DNA of 63,068 bases from Basidiobolus meristosporus CBS 931.73 (taxonomy: Eukaryota > Fungi > Basidiobolomycota). A program made the translations under genes and the position numbers. Where the stretch lies: contig MCFE01000520.1 in assembly GCA_002104905.1 (NCBI GenBank), positions 1 through 63,068 of the forward strand. Reading direction: 5' to 3'. Shown piece after piece: positions 14,198 to 25,352 of the stretch (the stretch's first letter is position 1; each line of letters opens with the position of its first letter). The notes under the pieces were generated by a model that was not told the origin of the DNA, made no database searches, and was given only the letters and a program-made list of their open reading frames with translations.

Positions 14198-15181
14198 TCG
14201 GTGTGCCAGGGGCTTCGGCAACCAGATCTCACCCCTTCTTCTTTCCCTTCCAATTAACATAGAAAATCCACCTTCGTGTATGGTTGTCGACTCTCGGCTG
14301 AGATTGGATTTGCCCCGTCATTCAAATAAACATAATTCTCTTCTATTCAACCCATCATCGATGTTTTTCGACTTCCCAACCATCTGGGTCTCCACCGCCA
14401 TCAAAGATAATGCGAGTGGCAAGAGCGAAGGCTAAGAAGTGCCCACCGCATAGGTCGTCATAGATGTTTTATAGAAAATAGAGTCTTGCCGGATAAAGCC
14501 AGCGGCCACGAAGAGAGGCCAAAGTTAACCCCAAGTCAATGCCCCCCCTTCAATAGGTAAAATGAGATGGAGGGCAGCGTTTAGTTACCCGGAAAGACGG
14601 GATCCAAATCAGCAAACAGAATCCTCACCACACCCATTATTGCATTCAAAAAATCGCCCTACTGAGACATCTTTCTCAGGTTTCTAGCGCATTACTGATG
14701 GGTGTGGATGTGATACCAGCATCTCTCGGGATCCAACAGATTAGGGTTCCTCGGCACGTGTTCCGTAGCCTCCACATCACCGTATCAGTTAGAAGGGAAA
14801 TTCCCAAAGCCATCCAAATTTCGATCTTAGTGACATGTGGGGGGGGGGTTACCCAAGCATGTGATTGGAAACTCGAAGTGGACCGAAGTTGTTGGTTCCT
14901 CCTTAAATTCTACAAATCCGCACCATTAATCTGTGAATGAGCGCGCACTCTCCGAACATCAGGGGGAAGCTAGTGGAAAACTGGCATGAAGGGGTCACGC
15001 ATTATTTGGTGTGTCGCATCCTTGTTTCACTAATCACAATGCATCGTGCATTTCGGTTCGACTCGAGGATTGACAGCCAGGTGTGGGCGATCTGTTTCGG
15101 AACAATTTCTTCTACCAGGGGTAACGGTTAGGGTTGTGGATATACATAGCCATGCTCCTACCGGATATCCTTGACTGACCC

Positions 15182-16957
15182 ATGGCTGCTACTACCGATG
15201 ACAAGATACAAGTGGTCCGACTGACTCCGTTGGCCGTGGGAGGTAGGAAAGTCTAGCAAGTCGTAACCTTGCCCAATGCTCAGATGTTTTTCGCCAGATC
15301 AAAAGCTGAGTCGTCACCTAGGCTATTTCAGTGGCACCATGATGATTGGTAAGCTCCACGCGTACACCCCTTCACGCGAACACCCGTTTCCTCCATACGT
15401 TCACTAACATCCCCCTAGTGGGCCAGATTATCGGAGCCGGGATCTTTTCAAGCCCAGCTCTCATACTTCGCGAAGTTGGCTCAGGTGGGATGATGTTGAT
15501 CTTGTGGCTTATAGGCGCTCTCATAGCTGGTTGTGGTGGATGGTCCTATCTCGAGTTGGGCACAATGTTCCCCAGGAGTGGTGGCGAAAAGGAATACCTG
15601 GCCTATGAGTACCCCAATCCAAAGCACCTGGTATCCTATGTGTTCATGATCACCGTGGGTATCTTTGGCTGCGGTGCCGGGATAGCTCAGGGTGCGACGG
15701 TGTTTGGGAGCAACTTGATCTACGCTATAGGCGGCCCAGACTATACCAATCCATGGGGAGAGCGTGGGTGTGCGGTTTGCTGTGTGACGTTCTGGATTGT
15801 GATGAATGTGATCTCGGCCAGGTGGGCCATCAAGTTCAACAATGTCTTCACGGTGCTGAAGATCTTGCTGCTCCTGCTTCTCATCAGTGTCGGGATGGTC
15901 GGGCTTCTTGGGGGCCTTCCAGACCGGCCGGACCTGAAGGAAAACTTCTCGTTTCACAACACTACCTCAAGTGTTGGCTCCCATGCTGATGCGATTTATT
16001 TCGTGATCTTTGCCTACGGCGGATGGAACAGTTTGAACTACGTGGTGGATGAACTCCAGGATCCCATCCGGAACTTGCCCCGGTGTGCAGTCTCCGCATT
16101 GTCATTGACCACGGTTCTATATCTCCTGGCCAATGTTGCATATCTCGCAGTCCTCCCGATCTCGGTCATCCAAGACTCGAGGATAACCGTGGCCGCGAAT
16201 CTGTTCAACAGGGCGTTCGGGGGGATCTTTGGGTCCAGGATTCTGCCCGTGTTCGTAGGACTTTCATCGTTCGGATACGTTGGAGGGATCACATTTTCTG
16301 GCTCCCGGGTGATCCTGGAAGCGTCCCGTGATGGATACCTGCCATTCGACCGGGTTTTTGCGAGATCCAACGCAACGCTTCAAACCCCCATGAATTCATT
16401 GATCTTGCTGTATGGAATCTCCATGGTCTTCCTGTTGGCTCCTCCACCTGGCTCAGTGTTTCAGTTCATTGTCGCGTTTGCCGGCTATGGAAGCAGCTTC
16501 TTCACCGCTCTCTCTGTGATCGGATTGCTGTTGCTACGCTTTAGGGAGCCAAATATCCACCGGCCAATTAGGGTTCCAATCGGTAGGGTGCCCTATCCCT
16601 GAAGACTCACCCAACTTCACTAACTCATTGCTTTTGTACATCCCAGTTGTGGCGCTGGTCTTCATTCTTTGTTGCTTCTACATCCTGGCCTTCGTCTTCG
16701 TCCCGCCCGTTAAGAAGCCGGAACACTACCCATACTACCTCCCCTACCTGCTGGCCATCGTCCTGGGCATTCTATCGGTCGGCTTGTGGCACCTCAAGAT
16801 AGTTAGATACAAGGGGCTGGAGAAATCCTACAACAATGAGATCCTTCTTTCGGGGAGAGCGCAGCTCATTCACGAGGTCTACGAAGCTCGACATGACGTG
16901 ACTTGCGGCTTGGATGGTGATTCCCCCGAAGAACATGATTTTCTGATGAAATCATGA
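15182..16957 (+). CDS. APC-superfamily amino-acid permease (LAT/Mup1-like), 4 exons
   Basis: KLSRHLGYFSGTMMIVGQIIGAGIFSSP, ELGTMFPRSGGEKEYL, FAYGGWNSLNYVVDELQDPIRNLP; many hydrophobic helices. Confidence 0.9.
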
Positions 16958-17623
16958 GGGTGTGGAGGACGGTGGTGCTCAGTACATAGGAATCGTGGGA
17001 ATCAATGACGTGGGTGGTTGTCCATGTGAATAAACCTCTGTAAGTTACCATCCGAAGCTCCTAGAATACTGCTTCTTTGGTCACCCCACCATACGGGATT
17101 GTATAGCATCTAATCAAGTACCGCGCAGAGTTAGGGCTTGGCTTGATTATCCAGCCTCCAAGCAATGGAAGTATTGAGGCAAATACCAACGTGCCAGTGG
17201 CGATAAAAACCTGACCCAGGGTGTGCCCCCAGGGTGTGCCTGCACCATTGCATATGGTCGTACCCGCGCGGTAGCTGGCCATCACAAGTGGAATGTGATA
17301 CTAAATCATCCCATTACATTTGTGTATCAGTGTTCCCTGTATGACTGGGATTCAGATCTCTTCGCATTGTTAAACCACATGGAACTCTCTGCCACATAAG
17401 CATTCAGTTTCGTCGGTGCATCGTTGTTCTTCCATTCAGCGGATCCAAGCGAGCAGATAATCTAGCCATGATCGCGCGCAGCAGGGGAGTTCTGCAGTCG
17501 AACCATCCAGTTTCAGGTGGGCATCGGTGTTCACTCATGGATCGAACTCCCCGCTCTTATCAGACCACACCTCATCGTTTGGACTGGATGCTCTCCCCCT
17601 CCTCCTTCGCCAAATGCTTGCCC

Positions 17624-18280
17624 ATGAACAATCCGGAAAATGATCAGACACAAGCAGCTAGGCTGGCTCCGTTGGCCGTGGGAGGTAGGGAAAAGTGGGA
17701 TTTCTCCGCCTCACTCACCCGTTAATCCTTCCCGATAGATCCAAAGTTGCCCCGCAACCAGGGCTATTTCAACGGCACCATGATGAGCGGTAAGCTGTGG
17801 GGTCTGGTCGTATCTTGAGCTGGGCACGATGCTCCCCAGGAGTGGTGGCGGTTTGCCGGGCTTCTTGGGGGGGGGCCTTCCGGACCAGCCGGACCTGAAG
17901 GAAAGCTTCTCGTTCCACAATAATACCTCAAGTATTGGTTCCCATGCTGATGCGATTTGTTTCGTGATCTTTGCCTACGGCGGATGGAACAGTTTCAACT
18001 ACGTGGTGGATGAACTCCTTGCCCCGGTGTGCAGTTTCTGCATTGTCATCGACCACGGTTCTATATCTCTTGGCCAATGTTGCATATCTCGCAGTCCACC
18101 CGATCTCGGTCAGCCAAGACTCGAGGATAACCGTGGCCGCGAATCTGTTCAACAAGGCGTTCGGGGGGGGAGTCTTTGGGTCCAGCACTCTGCCCGTGTT
18201 CGTAGGACTTTCATCGTTTGGATACGTTGGAGGGGTGACCTTTTCTGGCTCCCGGGTGATCCTGGAAGCGTCTCGTGATG
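17624..18280 (+). pseudogene. Internally deleted, frameshifted, 3'-truncated paralog of the adjacent permease
   Basis: Matches 15226-16330 in blocks; two large deletions, a 17-nt deletion (GAACTCC|TTGCCCC), expanded G runs; homology ends at GCGTCTCGTGATG. Confidence 0.85.
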
Positions 18281-18868
18281 AACTATCTCACAAGCTATCC
18301 ATAGCCCATTCTATTCCCTTGCATCCAAGAAGCGCGAAAGATACGAACGCCCTTGGCCAAGTAATGGAGCCCTCCCCCCCTCAATGAGAATGTTTACGTG
18401 TTGCTGACTTGGAACTTGGATGATGCTCAGTATGGTTCAGTCAAGTCTTATTTTGGCTACCGCATCACACAGCCATTTGAGGGGTAGGAATGGCTTTCTC
18501 CATATAAGATAACTGTGAGTAAAATAAGGCCTTAGTTGCTCTTCATTTTTGGTACCAGGACAACCAGCTTGCCCAGATAAATTTTGTTACTGACATGGCA
18601 TATTCCACCCTACCTCAATCTATTCCACGCATAGTGTATATAAATGTGCTTGTTAGACTTATGAGTTTCATTCCTTACTTGAGCTTGTACTTGTGGCAGA
18701 TCACAGATTTGACATTGGTATTCTTAATTATATTGATTTTTGATTGGTCAGGGTGGATTTCATTTCCTGTAGTCAGGTTGTCTCTGGCAGACAATTTACC
18801 CTAAGCTTGTGTAATTACAAAACTTACAACAGAAGTATCTAGGATTTGTGAGTAGTTAGTCAAATGCC

Positions 18869-19510
18869 TAAACTTGTTCCATTCTACCAAGCCAGGGCTG
18901 GTGGTATCATCCACAGCATTTAAGAACAATTGGGTGTGAAAGTGTAAGTACCAGTTGGCAGGATTGTTCTTCAACAATTTTGCACTAGGTGAGACAATCT
19001 TGCACACTATGGTGCAGTCTGACACAATGAGGTAGGCACAGATGATTGTACTAGCTTTTAATGTTTGTCTCAGGTGTGCAACTGGAAGCCACTACTGTGG
19101 TAGGTAAAAAGAGTATTTGGATAAGTTACCTTGATGAAAATGGAATAAATGCATATCACACTATAAGCTATATTTATACCTCCCATTTTAGTTACCATCT
19201 TTCTGGTTGGATGAGATCTCAGTGCTTGCTTGGTCTAAAAGTATCCTGATGCTCTGAGCCCCCAATTGTTCCAGTGGTCAATGTACCAGCTACCTGATTT
19301 GCCATCAAATATCCATTTTGCCTATTAAGCAAGTAAATCCCTGACTTTTGTGACCAGACAATGTGTTATAGCTGGTACACAATTAATTGAGAAGTGGAAA
19401 ATCAGATTGAATAGCTGCACAGGTATCATACATGTTATATACATATGCAGGGTATTTATCTATAGGTGCTCTGTCTCAAATGTGAAATGACCTTGATGTT
19501 ACATATATCA
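18869..19510. mobile_element. Left arm of a PIF/Harbinger-like element (repeat Y)
   Basis: Homologous to 38454-39461 once the solo LTR is removed; begins with TIR-like TAAACTTGTTCCATT. Confidence 0.5.
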
Positions 19511-19859
19511 AAAACTTGGGGATCAATGGTTTGCCAGGATTGGGTTGGGATTGCTACAAAAGTAGGTAGTCTAAAAGGCCCCAAGCTTTGCACACATGTT
19601 GGGACCTTTTTGAACATATTCTACATACTCAATATGCAAAATTATGTAAAAATCTCATACTACTCATACATTGAATAAATCATTGAGTGATACACCACAT
19701 ATGCTACCTATTCACCCAGCCACTTCCACAATATCCCAACTATTGCAACAGATTATAAGCCCACAAGCTGCCACACTCCAGAATATCTAGCACTGCTATC
19801 TAGTGCTGTCAAGTCTTTGAAGCTCAATAACAGTGCTCAACAATAAAGCTCACAGAAAA

Positions 19860-20860
19860 ACCCATCACAGCATGGAAGGGACAGACTGTGGTATTGATAC
19901 CAAGGCCTGAATATCAAAAGACATTGAAGATCTGCAAAGCCATTGAGTGCCATGATGAAGAGTGGGCTGATATTTAGTAGGCTGTAAGAAGTCTAGTACT
20001 GCCTCACCTTATGGCCTACATACCATGTGGCCATCAGGAACTTAAGGTCAAGCAGAATATGCTTGATGGAGAGAAATAGTAAGGGACAAGCAGGCAAGAT
20101 CAAATGCATCAGAGCAGCACTTATCTAGGAGAAAACATAGTTCAGTACTGGAGGCACTCAGTCAAGGTAGCAGTGAAAAACTTGACAGTAACAATAATAA
20201 AGGTAAAGACAAGAAATACCACTCAAGCCAGAGGCAGGAAAGCATTAGAAAATGCCGCAGTTCTCCCCAAATAATGCTGTCTGCCCAGAATAGGCTAATT
20301 GCCATATTAGCCAAGAAGAATTATCAATAAGACAACAACTATTGTCCCAAGAGCTGGAAGTGCTCCAGTTTAGCACACTCCAGTGAGGTAGATGAGCTTG
20401 CTGAGAAAGTTAATTTGTCTACTACTGCCTCCATGTCCTGCATTGTAGACAGAATGGGAACTTCACTGACAAACAAGGTAACAACACCAAGAATTCAAAA
20501 GACTATCACAATGCCCATAGCAGAATTTTGGAGTGTTAATAGACACACTAAGAGGCTGCAGCATTTCTTCAAGTGCAGTGCTTAAGAAAACATGCTGGAA
20601 TACTGTAAGGATCTATTGCAAAGACTGACATATGAGACCAGACCTTGCAGTGCTGGCTAAAGACCAGGACATATGGGAACTAGTGACTGAGCAATAGTAT
20701 AAAGCTGCAGGGTACCCACCAAAGTTAGGGGAAAAGGGTATTATAGCAGATACCTATTGAATGACCAATTCCAATGAAGTTGCTTGTTGATTATGAGGTT
20801 GGGCTTAAAGTGGGTGTGGGGTATAGGGACTTGTATAGGTCAAACAATTGGCAAGTGAGG
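19860..20860 (+). mobile_element. Decayed copy of the accessory ORF of the CACTA-like element
   Basis: QKTLKICKAIECHDEE and RHTKRLQHFFK segments match 25690-25850 and 23264-23575 in inverted orientation; many stops. Confidence 0.5.
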
Positions 20861-21239
20861 CATAAACGTAGCTTTAATGGAAATAAATCAATTCTAAGTT
20901 TCCAATATCTCTGCCACAGCATTTGCTCCTCTATCAGATGGGATTTCCACAGGGCATCCAAATGTCATCAGAATCTGTTATGTTGCATTATGCTTAGTTT
21001 GGGGCTTGTACTGTAAGGTAAAGGCTAATCAATAATATTCAAAAGCTTACAGTATACAATACTGAAATAGTTTATTGGGAGTTTGATATACCAGTAGAAG
21101 ATATAACTCAACTAATATCCTTGATCTTAGGCTCAAGATATACTATAGGTGGTGTGTCCCACTTCTACAGCAGAGTTTGGACCTTCTGTCTACTTTTGGG
21201 CTTATTTAGTTTTGTAGTAACTTTGCCTTATTTAGAAGG

Positions 21240-23230
21240 CACTCAAATGCAATGGGGTGGCCTCAGATTCTAGATAACTTCCACTCTCTTGGGGTCTAAG
21301 GCCACTCCTGTGCCAGTTGCAGTATGTCCCAGATATTCAATGTGCTCCTCAAAGAACCCACACTTAGCTAGCTTGCCATGTAGCTTGTTCTCTCTTAGCT
21401 TCTTCAAGACCTGTTCAATGTTCACTAAGTGGTTCCTTTCTGTCTTGCTGTATATCAATATGTCCTACAGGTAGACTACCACATACTTGTCTAAGTACAC
21501 CTATAAGATGGTCTGCGTCATGGGCATGACTATTACAGGGTCATTTGTGAGGCTAAAGCTCATGACTGGTACTTATAGTGTCCATATCCTATCCTGAATG
21601 ATGTTTTGGTAATATCTTAAGGTTTCCCTGAGTCTTACTGAATCCTTAGATGGGGTCAATCTTGCTGAATATAGTGGCTCCATTGTGTTTGTCCAAAAGC
21701 TAGTCAATCCACAATATGAGGTACTTAATCTTGATGGTAACTAAGCTCAGGGTTCTGTATCAACAAACATCCTGAGTGTACCATCCTTCTTCTTCAGAAA
21801 AAGCACTGGTATTCCCCAGGGTGACTTGCTAGGTCCAAAATATCTTTGCTCCAATAGCTGATCAATTTCTCTCTGAATCTATTGCAGTTCCATTAAACTT
21901 ATTCTGCAAAGTGTCTGGCTCACAGGAGGGCTATCCCCTATGTCAATGGCATGATCAACTTCACTGACCAGTGGTAGGTTCACAGGTTCCTCTGGAAATA
22001 TGTGTGCCTACATCTTCAAAAGAGTTTATACTTTCTGGAAAACTGAGGTAGAATAATCTCCCTGTAGTATAGCCATGAGAGACATCTTGGTACCATTTTT
22101 TTTGTGCTCTACAGAACTATGTCTGGCTTGGCTCAATTGTGTCATGCACACTGGAATCAATCAAGCTGAAATCCAGTCTGGCAGGTAGTAGCAAATCAGT
22201 CTGGTTGTCTTTTTGGGTATGAATAGCATGGGATCTCCAGTTGATAACAGATTATGGCAGAATAGCCATGATTTTCTAAGTGCAAGGTCAAATTTGCGGT
22301 TCCCAAACTTGTAGGCCGGTAGGTCTTCATCATAGTCACTGATCTTCATTCTTACTGGCTGATTAATATGGTTGATCATGTGAGAGTTCCTATCAGCTGT
22401 TGAGGCTAAAGCTGATCTGGTAGGCTCAAAGATAATTCCAGCTCCCAAGGCAAATTGTCCTGACTGATACCTATGTAGGCTCCTGAGTCAATCAAGATCT
22501 TGGCAGGTACTCCATTGAATGCTTCATTCCAGTATAATAGCTACCCTGAGCTTGAGGCCATGTGAGACAGGTACTCTTCTGCTGTATGGAAGCAGAGCGC
22601 TGAGTCTTCTTCAGGTTTATCCTCCATGCTACTATGCTCAAGGGCTTCAATATGGTTGAAGATTCTTGCTGACTGGTGTCCATTTTGTCTCAGAGGGCAG
22701 TACTTTGAGATATGCCTTTGCTGGTGGTAATTAAAGCAAAGTCCTTTCTTCTTATATTCTTCTGAGTTAGGAAACTTCTACAGAGCATCTATATCCATTG
22801 CAAATGCTTCTAATTGTCTTCTTACACAGGGATTGTAGCCTGTCTTACTAGTCACTGTAGGATTCCTCTATGAGAAATTATTGAGATGATCCCATCAAAG
22901 GGCTGTTATAAAGTTAATGTCCTGTGACTATGAGGTACTGATCCCATCAAGACACTGTCCAGAGACAACTGAAAATAATTGCACCTCAGACTTCACAAAA
23001 AACTTAGTCAAAATTTTTCATCATAACAATGTATAAGTGGCTTTTGATTGGTTCCCTACCAATTTGCTCACTTTCTGATCCCAGACACTCTATTGCCTCC
23101 TACATTTGTGTGCATTGATTGGCTATTGCCTCTTTTTCACACTCCTTACTTCCTGACTCAACTGTTTCTACCACTTTTCAGGTATACAAGTTGATTTATA
23201 TCTGTTGAAACTTCAGTTATACCTCAATTA
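21240..23230 (-). mobile_element. Decayed Ty3/Gypsy family A fragment (gag-PR-RT)
   Basis: ENKLHGKLAKCGFFEEHIEYLGH and KFDLALRKSWLFCHN segments match the intact copy at 42700-44900. Confidence 0.8.
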
Positions 23231-23263
23231 CCAATTGTATTGACCTATACAAGTCCCTATACC

Positions 23264-24110
23264 TTACACAAAATTAAGCCCAACCCCACACTCAAGAAGT
23301 AGCTCCATTAAAATCCACCACTCAATAAGTATCTCTGCTATAATGCTCTGGTTCCACAACTTTGGTGGGAACCCAACAGCTGCATGCCACTGCTCATTCA
23401 CTAGTTCCCACATTTCCTGGTCTTCAGCCAGCACCAAAAGGTCTAGCACCTCATCTGCCAGTCTTTGGAATAAATCCTTGCAATATTCCAGTGCATTTTC
23501 TTGAGCACTGCTCTTGAAGAAGTGCTGCAACCTCTTGGTGTGCCTATTAATGTTCCACAAATCCACCAAAGGCATTGTGATAGTCTTTCAAGCTCTTGAC
23601 ATTGTAGCCTTGTTGGTCAGTGGGATCTCCACTCTGTTACCAATGGAGGATGTGGAGGCAGTGGTAGACAAATTGCCTTCTTCAGCAAACTCATCTACCT
23701 TGCTGGAGTATGGCTCAACTAGCTGCGCTTCCAATTCTTGTGAAAACAGCTATTTTCTTGGTGGTAATTCTTCTTGGCTATGATAGGATTCAGTCTGTTC
23801 TGGGCTTGCAGCATTTATTGGCAAGATCTGCAGTTTTTTTGCATGCCTCCCTGTCTCAGGCTTGGGTAGGCATTTTCCCTTTACCTTTTCCTTCATCACC
23901 GCCAGGCCATTCACTGCTACTTTGGCTGAGTGTTTCCGGTAAATAACTATGTTTTCTCCCGGATAAATTCTGCTCTGATGCATCTGTTTGGCCTGCTTGT
24001 CCCTTGCTGGCACTCTTCTGGCAACCTGATGTTTCTTTTCCACTTGTTCTGAGCTCTCAACAGTAGTTGTGACAGGCTGCTATAAAAGCGGCTGGTTTTT
24101 ATCACTGCCA
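23264..24110 (-). mobile_element. Fragment of the CACTA-like accessory ORF (3' part)
   Basis: ORFs 23264-23575 and 23750-24043; homologous to 25353-25520, 36491-36730 and 20512-20770. Confidence 0.45.
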
Positions 24111-25352
24111 GGTCCTTTACTGCTACATGACTGGGTGCTTCTGTTGTGTTGTATTATGATTAGTTTGGGGCTTGTTCTACAATGTAGAGGCTAATCAACA
24201 ATATACAACAACTTCCAGTATGCTAATACTGAAATAGTTTATTGGGAGTTTTATTCACCAATAGAAGATATAACTTTCACTAATTTCCTCAATCTTAGGC
24301 TCAAAATATACTGTAGGCAGTGTTTATCACTTCTACAGCAGTGTTCTGACCTTCTGATGACTAATGGGCTTATTTACTTTTATAGTGACTGTTACTTATT
24401 TGGAAGTCACTTTCCTTTCTGAGAAAATATTTCCCAATATGGAGATTCTGAACTCCCCTTTAACCTAAAGGGGTGTGTTGTAGAAGCCTCTAAAGGGGTC
24501 TTTAGACCTAGAGGGGTGTCTAAAGGGGTGTCTTTAGAGTAAAGGGATTTCTTAAAGGGGTGTCTTTAGAGTAAAGGGATTTCTTAAAGGGGTCTCTAAA
24601 GGGGTCTTTAGACTAAAGGGGTGTCTAAAGGGGTGTCTAAAGGGGTATCTTTAGAGTAAAGGGGTTTCTTAGAGGGGACTTTTCCAACAGAAAAGTGGTA
24701 GTTTCTTGTAGAACTTAGATTGGATTCTTGTGAGCTTTGCAGTCTCTTTACTGATGTGGTACCAATCAAAGTCAGAATCCTCAACACTACAAGTGATGCA
24801 GGGCAAGTCTTATAGCCTTTAAACTTATGATTATAGTGTGGAGATTCTGGAAAGGGAGGCTCTCTCTTTATTTTTCAGCTAGGGAAGTTGTATATATGAA
24901 AATTCTGAAGGATCAAAGCTTTTGGGCAATTGCACAAGCAATACACGTGATACAAAGCTAAAATTTTGCAGTGGCGCAGATTGGACATAGGCGCAGCACC
25001 TGTGAAAATTGCACATGATTGATTGGCTGGTTCAAAGGTTACATGCAATCAAAATTACCATGGTAATCCTAGCAAAAAGGCATAGTATAAATAATAATTG
25101 GACTCTTTTGGTCATAACTCCTTAAGTACTGCTTCAAATGAGCTGTAATTTGAAACATATGTTGGCTACTATGTGTTCTGTATGACATAATACTCTTGGG
25201 TGAATTGCTTGTCAGGGTCCGGAGCACTTGTTCTTAAAAGTTGAAAATTCTTGATCTTTCACTTGTGTGTTACAATAGCAAAAAGCAAAATAAAGAAATG
25301 AGTGCAATATTGGTTTAGAGATATTGTAGTAATGGAATACTTTCCATTACCA
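23869..25352. repeat. Repeat X copy 1 (unclassified), with TAAAGGGGT array and terminal hairpin
   Basis: Direct repeat of 36491-37917; third partial copy at ~20960-21240. Confidence 0.75.
24455..24680 (+). repeat. Degenerate tandem array of TAAAGGGGT(GTC) units
   Basis: About a dozen imperfect copies seen directly; shorter array at 37080-37222. Confidence 0.85.

Noticed and set aside
17061-17285. 74-aa minus-strand ORF with one hydrophobic stretch
   Set aside because: Could not be extended into a coherent spliced gene; possibly a decayed membrane-protein fragment but unsupported
24455-24680. TAAAGGGGT array as a CRISPR array or interstitial telomere
   Set aside because: No unique spacers or cas genes in a eukaryotic context; units are irregular and embedded in a dispersed repeat
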